64,000 nt of DNA. Source: Thermoplasmata archaeon (lineage in GTDB: Archaea > Thermoplasmatota > Thermoplasmata > GCA-020350865). The notes below the pieces were generated by a model. It was not told where the DNA came from. It saw only the letters and a list, made by a program, of their open reading frames with translations, and searched no databases. The DNA lies in NCBI GenBank assembly GCA_020348445.1, contig CP070751.1:4685060-4749059 (forward strand). Direction: 5' to 3'. Both the position numbers and the translations under genes were made by a program. Below are positions 9,991 to 17,917 of the stretch, in pieces (the first letter of the stretch is position 1; each line of letters begins with the position of its first letter).

Positions 9991-10695
9991 TCAGTAAACA
10001 TTGAATCTTCCAGATAAGGATGCCTCATGATCGTTTATGTCTTTCGCAGAAATAATGTATTCATGCATCCCTTGACGAAGATCATATAAAACATATGAGA
10101 ACTCATTATCTTCGATACGGTTCATTCGACCGCTTTGGATTTCTATAAAACTCTCCCCCTCCTTTCTTTTGATCGTTATTTTAACTGTATCCTTGTCAAC
10201 CTCTACATTATCGACTATTATGACGTTAATGCTTACGTTTACATTGTAGTTTAATAGATCCACATTGGTCTCGTTTAGCTTGGTCCAATTTCCTTGGCTC
10301 CCAAAATATATTGTATCTTTTTCTATTGTTGGCGAACTAAAGTCCGAAAAAGGTGGATTACTTAATAGAATCCAGATAGCGAGCCAAGTGAACAGATACA
10401 TTATAATATTGCCTGCCCATTGTTTATTTTCAATCAAGGAAGTATCAATACCAATTAAGGGGTAAATGTGCCTTAAGAAAATAATTGCTATAAAACCGGT
10501 CAAAGCAGCTAAAGCGATGTCTGCATAAGTTAAACCAAAAGACACTACGCCCATTAATACCGCATAACCAAATGTCACGAAGAGGATTTTTGAATCTCTT
10601 ACTTCCTTTCTTAGAAATTCCTCTTCATCAAACTCGGGCATCTTGAATTCATAGGTTTCTTCTTCTTCCTTTACCTTTCTCCTTTTCTTCGCCAT
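9991..10695 (-). CDS. Hypothetical membrane protein (basic N-terminus, 3 TM helices, C-terminal Ig-like domain)
   Basis: Intact ORF with a plausible topology. No named family recognised. Confidence 0.75.
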   Translation of the reverse strand: MAKKRRKVKEEEETYEFKMPEFDEEEFLRKEVRDSKILFVTFGYAVLMGVVSFGLTYADIALAALTGFIAIIFLRHIYPLIGIDTSLIENKQWAGNIIMYLFTWLAIWILLSNPPFSDFSSPTIEKDTIYFGSQGNWTKLNETNVDLLNYNVNVSINVIIVDNVEVDKDTVKITIKRKEGESFIEIQSGRMNRIEDNEFSYVLYDLRQGMHEYIISAKDINDHEASLSGRFNVY

Positions 10696-10742
10696 AATAG
10701 TTCGGTAATGGTGCAGAGGATAAAAATGTTTTCTAAAGATTA

Positions 10743-10855
10743 AAAGCGGGCGTTAGGGAATTTCTAGTTTATAATGATAGCGAAGGACGTGAGGGGTGTT
10801 CAAGGTTAAGAAATAATTGATGTGTCAACATAACTTGAATACAACGCACGTCCGC
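10743..10855. repeat. Degenerate copies of the tRNA-Arg 3' end within a ~75-nt hairpin
   Basis: 10743-10761 matches tRNA positions 10878-10896 at 16/19. GGACGTGAGGGG at 10785-10796 equals 10882-10893. CACGTCCGC at 10847-10855 is the inverted copy of 10880-10888. The hairpin spans 10780-10855. Confidence 0.7.
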
Positions 10856-10880
10856 GTATTAAATTAATATAAAAGTTAAG

Positions 10881-10955
10881 CGGACGTGAGGGGATTCGAA
10901 CCCCTGATCCACGGCTTAGGAGGCCGTTGCCCTATCCAGACTAGGCCACACGCCC
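10881..10955 (-). tRNA. tRNA-Arg(CCT), no intron, CCA not encoded
   Basis: GGGCGTG/CACGTCC acceptor stem, ACGGC-CT CCT AA-GCCGT anticodon arm, GGTTCGAATCC T-loop. Confidence 0.97.
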
Positions 10956-11206
10956 TTTCTTTTTTATCTGTAAAGCTATATTAGATAATTAATTTTCTGA
11001 AAGCCTTGTTCGTGCTCTTATTTTCTTTTAATGTTAAAATGATAGGGTGGTAAAAAAATAAAACAATCCTTTTTTGCCGAATTCAAACTTATTGAGATTT
11101 CATTATCATAAAAAGCGTATCTTAAATAAAGTTATAAAAAATAAAAATTACCTCCTCCCCGGAAGGTTAAAGGCCCCACATGGGGACCCTTTAGGTTGAA
11201 GAACAT

Positions 11207-11359
11207 TCATCTTTTCTTCTTCTTTTTAGTGCTCTTCTTCTTCTTTGTTGTTTTCTTCTTTGTTGTCTTCTTCTTTTTGGTACCCTTCTTCTTTGTTGTT
11301 TTCTTCTTTTTGGTACCTTTCTTCTTTGTTGTCTTCTTCTTTGTTTTCTTCTTCGCCAT
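11207..11359 (-). CDS. Lys/Thr-rich basic microprotein, 50 aa (histone H1/Hc2-like composition; not in ORF track)
   Basis: Manual translation MAKKKTKKKTTKKKGTKKKKTTKKKGTKKKKTTKKKTTKKKKSTKKKKKR. GGTGA RBS just upstream of the ATG, BRE/TATA-like CAAAAG-TTTTTAAA at about 11424-11437, and a hairpin at 11169-11192 downstream. Confidence 0.85.
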   Translation of the reverse strand: MAKKKTKKKTTKKKGTKKKKTTKKKGTKKKKTTKKKTTKKKKSTKKKKKR

Positions 11360-11524
11360 CTCTCTCACCACATCCTTTTATGCATATAGGTGTGTGATTA
11401 AGTAGAGGTAATACTTTAGTGGTTTAAAAACTTTTGTAAAAAATTTACTTTTTCATCTGTTTTTTTATCATAAAAAAAACTTTTTTAAAAATTAATTATC
11501 TATGTTCTGCAGAAAAATTTATTG

Positions 11525-12229
11525 TTAACTTTGAATTATCTTAGCTTTCCCGTGCTTACATAGAATCCTTGCGTATTCCAAGGGTAATGTTATCGTATCA
11601 TCTTTTTTTAAATTGAATATTCTTTCCTCTGTTTCGAAGGAGGGAATATCCTCTAAGATTAGAATTACAGGATTTTCTTTGTGAGAATCATCGATTTGTA
11701 AGTTACTTTCATCTATCATTTTCATATCTTCTTTTGTTAGATTATTTTCTTCGAAAATACTTTCTTTAGTTAGATCTTTCTCCATGGTTTTTTGGCCAAG
11801 GGATGATGTCTTTTTTATTTCGCATGCATCTTCTTTGGCATTTAATATAATGTTCGAACGATTCTTAATTAGCACCTCAACGAGGTTATTAAAAGCATTC
11901 TTTTCCTCGATTGTCATTAGATCGATTTTTGGATTCCCTCCGTTTGCAGCAGATAATGCTAACAATACTATCTTCCTTTCTCTGAGCTCATAAATTTCCA
12001 AAATCCTTTTTTCTGACTTATGGAATTCGTCCTCAAGCATTAGGGTTCTTGGGGATGCAGGATCATTTTTACGTTCCTCAATATAATTGGATCTTAATTT
12101 TTCTATGTAGTCCATGATATTTTTAAAGAAATGCGGAGGTAGTTTTGTGAGAGTTGCAGAATTCCGTTCTTCACGATATACCTGTGCTATCATTTCAAAA
12201 TTGAATGTCTTATCTTCTCTTGGCATCAT
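11525..12229 (-). CDS. DNA replication GINS complex protein (Gins51/15 type)
   Basis: N-terminal helical A domain (YREER.S..LTKLP..F....DYI..L) and C-terminal B domain (ILEDIPSF....FNLKK.D.ITLP..YA.IL.K.GKA). Confidence 0.85.
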   Translation of the reverse strand: MMPREDKTFNFEMIAQVYREERNSATLTKLPPHFFKNIMDYIEKLRSNYIEERKNDPASPRTLMLEDEFHKSEKRILEIYELRERKIVLLALSAANGGNPKIDLMTIEEKNAFNNLVEVLIKNRSNIILNAKEDACEIKKTSSLGQKTMEKDLTKESIFEENNLTKEDMKMIDESNLQIDDSHKENPVILILEDIPSFETEERIFNLKKDDTITLPLEYARILCKHGKAKIIQS

Positions 12230-12380
12230 GCCTACATAGATAAAGTCATATTAGGAATTTTTGAATGTTAATTATTTGCTCAATTACATTCTCACCGCAT
12301 ATTTTATTTACCACTCTAACAATCTCCCGTAAGGAATTAAGTGAGAAAATAGGCCTAATAATTCACTTGGGGATAACAAC

Positions 12381-13055
12381 ATGAACGATAGTGAAAAAAA
12401 GCAAGATACAATTCCAGCTATAAACGTATACAAAGGATTACCCATGATAAAAGGCAAAGAGGGCTATGAACCCATGGAGGATAGTGAAAGAGAATATATA
12501 AAAATTGAAGATTTGATGGATAAATTAAAGGAGGACTTCAAAAGGGTATTCATTGTCGATTTAAATGGTATCAACAGAGATAAACCACAACTTGAATTGA
12601 TAAAAAGATTATCAACCAAGATGGAACTGTGGGTAGATGGCGGTTCAAGGTATGCAGAGGGTGCAATCGATATCCTCATTGCTGGATCCGAGAAAGTGGT
12701 CCTAGGTACCAAAACATTGAGGAGTATAGAGGAATTGGATAAGGCTTGTGAGCTCTCTCAAAATATCGTCCTTGGTATTGATTACGATAAAGGAATAGTA
12801 AGCCCAAAGAAGAAAATCAGAGAGATGTCAGCTCGCCAATTGGCAAATGAAGCAAAGGATATTGGAATAGAAGATCTTATTTTCAGTGATTTGGCACATA
12901 TAGCTACTGAGGATTATTTTAGCTTAGATGTGGGTAAAACGCTGCTAGATAGTGAAATGAACATCTATTTCCACGGTAGATTCGAAAGCGGTCTAGAAAG
13001 GTTCAAAGGAATGAATCTAGCAGGACTTGTAGTGGAAGTGGAAACACTGATTTAA
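12381..13055 (+). CDS. HisA/HisF-like TIM-barrel protein
   Basis: FIVDLNG, LWVDGG.R, AG.EKVVLGT.TL and LGID motifs, but degenerate, so not called hisA. Confidence 0.75.
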   Translation: MNDSEKKQDTIPAINVYKGLPMIKGKEGYEPMEDSEREYIKIEDLMDKLKEDFKRVFIVDLNGINRDKPQLELIKRLSTKMELWVDGGSRYAEGAIDILIAGSEKVVLGTKTLRSIEELDKACELSQNIVLGIDYDKGIVSPKKKIREMSARQLANEAKDIGIEDLIFSDLAHIATEDYFSLDVGKTLLDSEMNIYFHGRFESGLERFKGMNLAGLVVEVETLI

Positions 13056-13067
13056 TTTCTCGGGGAT

Positions 13068-13556
13068 ATGGCTATGAATGAACTTATGGAGGCACTTATT
13101 TATTTATTCCAAAGAAAAGGTAAAAAAGTTCTCTCCGAGAAAGAAATTATACTTTCGGCATCAATGGACCTTGGTTGGTTTACACCCGATGAGGCGAAAC
13201 AACTTGTTGATGTCTGTCTTGAATTGAAGCTTTTAACAAAAGAGGATACCGGACTTTCACCAAGCTTCGATTACAAAGATCACAATATCCCAATAGATTT
13301 CACACCTAGTAAAAACATATTGCAGTTGGAAGCTCAAGAGCCGTTGCTGTTTTCGGTTATTCGTCACATTGAGTCTAAAACCAACCTCAAGCGCAGTCCA
13401 ATTTTGGCCGAGATCAATAAAAAACAGAACTCTTTGGATGTGGAAATCGAGGTTGCTGCTATGCTTGTCGCCCAAAAATATGATGTTGACATTTTGGGAT
13501 TTCTCAGAGAAGCAGAGGTTGAAATCTTCAAAAGGGCACAAAAAAGGAACGGATAG
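13068..13556 (+). CDS. DUF2240 family protein
   Basis: SMDLGWFTPDEAKQLVD and EIN.KQ..L.VE.EVAA.L.A pattern typical of this archaeal family. Confidence 0.8.
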   Translation: MAMNELMEALIYLFQRKGKKVLSEKEIILSASMDLGWFTPDEAKQLVDVCLELKLLTKEDTGLSPSFDYKDHNIPIDFTPSKNILQLEAQEPLLFSVIRHIESKTNLKRSPILAEINKKQNSLDVEIEVAAMLVAQKYDVDILGFLREAEVEIFKRAQKRNG

Positions 13557-13564
13557 AGGGGATT

Positions 13565-14059
13565 TTATCCCTTCTTTATTTTTATGAAATCACCAAGGGT
13601 CATACCTTTTGCTTCCTCCTTGCGCTTGGGTGGGGAAATTGCGGCAACCTTCTCCTTGAGGGATATATCAAGGGCCTTTTCCAGTTTCTTTATTAACTTT
13701 TCATCTGGAATCATATCCCCTGCTTCGAGCTTTGCCACCACAGATTTTTTCTCATTGATCTTCTTACCAAGTTCCTCCTGACTCAATCCCATAGATGTCC
13801 TGGCTAAACTAATTCTCTTTGGGTAGTCCAATGCTAATTCTTCTTGGGCCTTCTCAAAAACATCCTTGGTTGTTCGCCTTTTTTCCCTGCGCTCCAACCT
13901 CTCTGTTATTGTGGGTGTGTATGTATGCTCATCTGCCCCCTTTGTCATTGGATGATCCTGTCCAAATTTTGCACATTTTGGGCATACACTGAGATTTGAG
14001 CCTTCAATTGTGATTTCCTTTAAATTAGGAACATCCACTCCACACATCTCGCATATCAT
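13565..14059 (-). CDS. mbf1: Archaeal multiprotein bridging factor 1 (Zn ribbon + HTH)
   Basis: CEMCG...VCPKCAKFG ribbon; GLSQEELGKKINEKKSVVAKLEAG HTH; TLGDFIKIK terminus. Confidence 0.93.
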   Translation of the reverse strand: MICEMCGVDVPNLKEITIEGSNLSVCPKCAKFGQDHPMTKGADEHTYTPTITERLERREKRRTTKDVFEKAQEELALDYPKRISLARTSMGLSQEELGKKINEKKSVVAKLEAGDMIPDEKLIKKLEKALDISLKEKVAAISPPKRKEEAKGMTLGDFIKIKKG

Positions 14060-14170
14060 GTTCAATCCTCGATAAGCTGAACAAAAGATATATATCATTG
14101 GTATAATATATAACTAACCGTACAGAATGATGATATAAAGACAGAAATAAATGACTTTGGGGTGCGCATC

Positions 14171-15379
14171 ATGGATGAGGAAGATGCCAAGAAGACCTCT
14201 GATAATCTCCCTGAAAGAGTAGCTGCTCTTGAGAGCCAAAACTCAGAGCTCATTAAGGACACTAAAAAGATCGAGAACGAAAAACGTTATTTAGAGAGTG
14301 AACTGACACATTTACAGGGTGAAGTTAAACGCCTTAAGGCTGAAATGGAGAGAATGAAGGCTCCGCCACTGATAATTGGCACCATAAGGGGTGTTTTGGA
14401 AAATGGGAAGGTTGTGGTAAAAAGCACCACTGGGCCTACTTTTATCGTAAACTGTGCCAGCCACATTCCACAGGAGACTGTTATCGTGGGCTCTCAAGTG
14501 GCATTGAACAAACAGACCCTTTCGATCATGAGCGTGTTACCTCCATCAAAGGATCCCCTCGTTATTGGCGCCGAGATTATCGAAAAACCGGAGGTTACAT
14601 ACGAAGAGATAGGCGGCCTAGAGGAACAGCTTCGGGAGATCAGAGAAGCTGTCGAGGAGCCCATGATAAAACCAGAGTTGTACAAGAAGGTGGGGATAGA
14701 TCCACCAAAAGGAGTGTTGCTCGTGGGTCCACCCGGAGTGGGAAAAACCCTTCTGGCAAAGGGTGTGGCAAACAAAACAAACGCAACATTCATAAGGTTC
14801 GTGGGCTCAGAACTGGTTCAAAAATATATAGGTGAGGGGGCGAGGTTGGTTAGGGAATTATTTGCATTGGCTAAGGAGAAATCCCCAACAATTGTATTCA
14901 TAGATGAGTTGGATGCTATTGGGGCCAAGAGATTGGAAGTTGCCACATCCGGTGACAGAGAGGTTCAAAGAACCCTGATGCAGCTTCTGGCCGAGCTGGA
15001 TGGCTTCGACCCCATTGGCGATGTGAAATTGATTGCAGCAACCAATAGACCTGACATCCTTGATGAGGCTTTACTTCGACCCGGTAGGTTCGACAGGATA
15101 ATCAGGATCCCCATACCGAGTTTGGAAGCCAGGATCGAGATTTTCAAGATCCATACCAGGAAGATGAACATAGCAAAGGATGTCGAAGTCGAGGCTCTCG
15201 CAGCCAAGTGCGATGGAGCAACTGGTGCTGATATAAAATCCATGTGCACCGAAGCAGGAATGTTCGCGATAAGAGAGGGCCGAGACTCTGTTGAGATGGG
15301 AGATTTTGAGAAGGCCGTGGACAAGGTGAGGGGTGGGGAGCTGCTTAAAGCCCAGGAATCGGGAGTTATGTTCGCCTAA
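14171..15379 (+). CDS. pan: Proteasome-activating nucleotidase
   Basis: Coiled coil, then OB domain, then AAA+ ([35 protein letters not shown]). C-terminal HbYX-like MFA. Confidence 0.97.
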   Translation: MDEEDAKKTSDNLPERVAALESQNSELIKDTKKIENEKRYLESELTHLQGEVKRLKAEMERMKAPPLIIGTIRGVLENGKVVVKSTTGPTFIVNCASHIPQETVIVGSQVALNKQTLSIMSVLPPSKDPLVIGAEIIEKPEVTYEEIGGLEEQLREIREAVEEPMIKPELYKKVGIDPPKGVLLVGPPGVGKTLLAKGVANKTNATFIRFVGSELVQKYIGEGARLVRELFALAKEKSPTIVFIDELDAIGAKRLEVATSGDREVQRTLMQLLAELDGFDPIGDVKLIAATNRPDILDEALLRPGRFDRIIRIPIPSLEARIEIFKIHTRKMNIAKDVEVEALAAKCDGATGADIKSMCTEAGMFAIREGRDSVEMGDFEKAVDKVRGGELLKAQESGVMFA

Positions 15380-15459
15380 CTTTTTTCTCTATAAGGCCCG
15401 TTTGAATGCGTCATTCCAATGGTTAATTATAAGAACATCCTCTTCATTTCCTGGTTCAG

Positions 15460-16527
15460 ATGCAACAGATTCTCGATGATATGGATGAGATAAAAAGGCT
15501 AGATACAGAGGACATGCTGGGCTTTGTTCAAAATTTTCCAAAACAGATCGAAGAAGCCAAGAGCATCTCAGAGAGAACAGATTTGGAGGTTTTTCAACCC
15601 CATCAGATATTAATCGCCGGTGTTGGAGGCAGCGCCATTGGTGGGGATATTCTCGCAAGTTGGCTATTTAAAAGAATAAATATTCCCATATTCGTGAACA
15701 GGGCATATAAGCTGCCGACCTTTGTGGGAGAAAAAACTCTCCTTTTTACAGTGAGTTATTCAGGAAATACAGAGGAAACTCTCAGTCTCTTTGATGAGGG
15801 TATAAAAAAGAGGTGTAGGATAGTTGCAATTACCTCAGGAGGGGAGTTGACAAGGCGCTGTAAAGCAGAAAATGTGAAGTTGATCTCCATCCCATCGGGA
15901 AAACCACCTAGGGCTTCGGTTGCCTATCTTTTCATGCCCATAGTGGTGACGTTAAAGAAGTTGGGAATCTACGATTCTGATAGGGAGGTTGCAGTTGCAA
16001 TAGATAACTTAAACGCCCTAAAAGGGAAATTGGTACCTGAAAATCCCACTGATAAAAATCCTGCAAAACAGATTGCGCAACAACTCCAGGGTGAAACCCC
16101 AATAATCTACGGATTGGCCATATTTAATGCCATTGCCAGGAGGTGGCAGACACAATTAAATGAAAATTCTAAGGTACTTGCATGGCACAGCACCTTTCCA
16201 GAAATGAACCATAACGAGATCGAGGCATGGGCCCACGACGGTAACTCCAATAAGTTCACAGCTGTGCTATTGAGGGATAACTTCAAGATGGAGGGCAGAC
16301 TGCAAAAGCGTGTTTCGTTAACAAAAAACACGATCTTAGAAAAACATGCAAAGAAGGTAATAGAGGTTGTAGCTGAGGGTGGAGAGGAAAAGGATTACCT
16401 TGCCAGGATGCTGTATTTGATGTATCTTGGTGACTTCGTGAGCATATACCTTGCGATCCTGCGTGGTGAGAACCCCACTCCCGTTTCTGCAATTGAAGGA
16501 TTTAAGAGGGATTTAGCGGGTTTCTAA
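15460..16527 (+). CDS. Bifunctional phosphoglucose/phosphomannose isomerase
   Basis: G.GGSAIGGD, SYSGNTEET, ITSGG and QLNENSK...FPE.NHNEI motifs. Confidence 0.93.
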   Translation: MQQILDDMDEIKRLDTEDMLGFVQNFPKQIEEAKSISERTDLEVFQPHQILIAGVGGSAIGGDILASWLFKRINIPIFVNRAYKLPTFVGEKTLLFTVSYSGNTEETLSLFDEGIKKRCRIVAITSGGELTRRCKAENVKLISIPSGKPPRASVAYLFMPIVVTLKKLGIYDSDREVAVAIDNLNALKGKLVPENPTDKNPAKQIAQQLQGETPIIYGLAIFNAIARRWQTQLNENSKVLAWHSTFPEMNHNEIEAWAHDGNSNKFTAVLLRDNFKMEGRLQKRVSLTKNTILEKHAKKVIEVVAEGGEEKDYLARMLYLMYLGDFVSIYLAILRGENPTPVSAIEGFKRDLAGF

Positions 16528-16627
16528 ACGCTTTTGGGATTATAGAAAAATTTAATTCCCTGTAGTTGTTTAATAAATTTGAAAAAGACGGACCTGGCTT
16601 TAAAGAAATGGTATGTAGAGGGAAACC

Positions 16628-17911
16628 ATGGATAAAGAAACCAGAGAGCTTTTGGCTAAATTGTTCACTTCCCAATTAGAGCAGCTTGCAAAGGAGAAGG
16701 ACATTGATTGTGGCTTGGAGCCTGATAGGATCGACTACCTCTCGATTCTCGGTGGTAGCGACCAAATCACAAGAGAAGATGTGGAACGTTACATCGGCGA
16801 AACCGAGACAGATTCTAAAAAAGTGGAGGAAGGCGAAGAATATTTTGGGGAAATAGAAAAAATATTAAAAGATTTTAAAAGCCAAGGCTCCATTTTCGAA
16901 AGGGCAGATGGATTGTTGCAGGGTATACAGCGCAACTTTGAAGATGGTAACCTACAAGGTACAATTTCCCAGGGTGTTGAGGGTTCTGGTCTAATAGAGG
17001 AAACTGCAGAATTGTATGATAAAGTGAGAAAGGCCTATATCATATATGCATTCAGACAATTGATAGGTGATGTCAGGGATTGCGGCATTGAGATCGGAGA
17101 GGACGAGCAACTGGCCTTGACAGCTGCAGAGCATCTCCATAAAGGTGAGAAAGAGGAATTGGATGAAATTCTCAAGCAAATAGTGGGTAAAGCTGAATAT
17201 CTAACGAGTGAGCAGGCGAAAAAGATGAAGGAATTGATATCATCTGTTGAGGAATTCATAAATCAAACGAGGGATTTGGGAGCCAATATCAAAGAGGCAA
17301 GGGAACATTATGAAAAGGCAGAGGAGGCTTTCAATACAAAGGCCTTCAAGAAGATGAACTACTTCGCAACCAAGGCAAGAAAGGCCGCAGAAGACGCAAG
17401 ATCTGATCGAATCAAGGGAATATCAGATTCATTGATCTTTGTAAGATCTATTTTGGATGATGCAAGGGAGATCGGCGCCGATGTAACAGATGCCGAGAAT
17501 ATCTATTCCAAAGCTCACACCGCTTTTAAAGAGGAGGATTATGTTCAATCCAAGGCCTTGATTAAGGAGGCCGAGCAATTGGCCCTGCAACTCCAGGACG
17601 CTCAGATTCAAAAGGCCCTGAGCCTGAGAAAGCGTCGAGTTAGTGATGAAGCTTCAACGGGCAAAGTTGTCGAGGTGGAGCCTGAGACACCCCCTGCGCA
17701 ACAAAGAAGATTTATGCGGGCTTATCCTCCGCCACCGCCATATTCACAGCCGTACCAAAGACCTGCTATGCGACCATCCACAAGACCACCTGCGCAGGGT
17801 ATGCGCAAAACCAGGTGCCCAAACTGCGGGCAGAGCTTCCCTACGAGAGCGGGAGACGGACCAAAAAAGGTTGAGTGCCCGTTTTGTGGAATGAGAGGCC
17901 TGATGCCTTAG
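16628..17911 (+). CDS. Hypothetical helical-repeat protein with Pro-rich linker and C-terminal Zn ribbon
   Basis: Repeats such as GANIKEA..YEKA..AF and GADVTDA..YSKA..AF; PPPPYSQP linker; CPNCG...CPFCG. Confidence 0.75.
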   Translation: MDKETRELLAKLFTSQLEQLAKEKDIDCGLEPDRIDYLSILGGSDQITREDVERYIGETETDSKKVEEGEEYFGEIEKILKDFKSQGSIFERADGLLQGIQRNFEDGNLQGTISQGVEGSGLIEETAELYDKVRKAYIIYAFRQLIGDVRDCGIEIGEDEQLALTAAEHLHKGEKEELDEILKQIVGKAEYLTSEQAKKMKELISSVEEFINQTRDLGANIKEAREHYEKAEEAFNTKAFKKMNYFATKARKAAEDARSDRIKGISDSLIFVRSILDDAREIGADVTDAENIYSKAHTAFKEEDYVQSKALIKEAEQLALQLQDAQIQKALSLRKRRVSDEASTGKVVEVEPETPPAQQRRFMRAYPPPPPYSQPYQRPAMRPSTRPPAQGMRKTRCPNCGQSFPTRAGDGPKKVECPFCGMRGLMP

Positions 17912-17917
17912 TTACTT

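Noticed and set aside
11196-11405. Plus-strand Phe/Val-rich 69-aa ORF as a membrane peptide
   Set aside because: It is the antisense shadow of the Lys-rich gene, which has the RBS and promoter.
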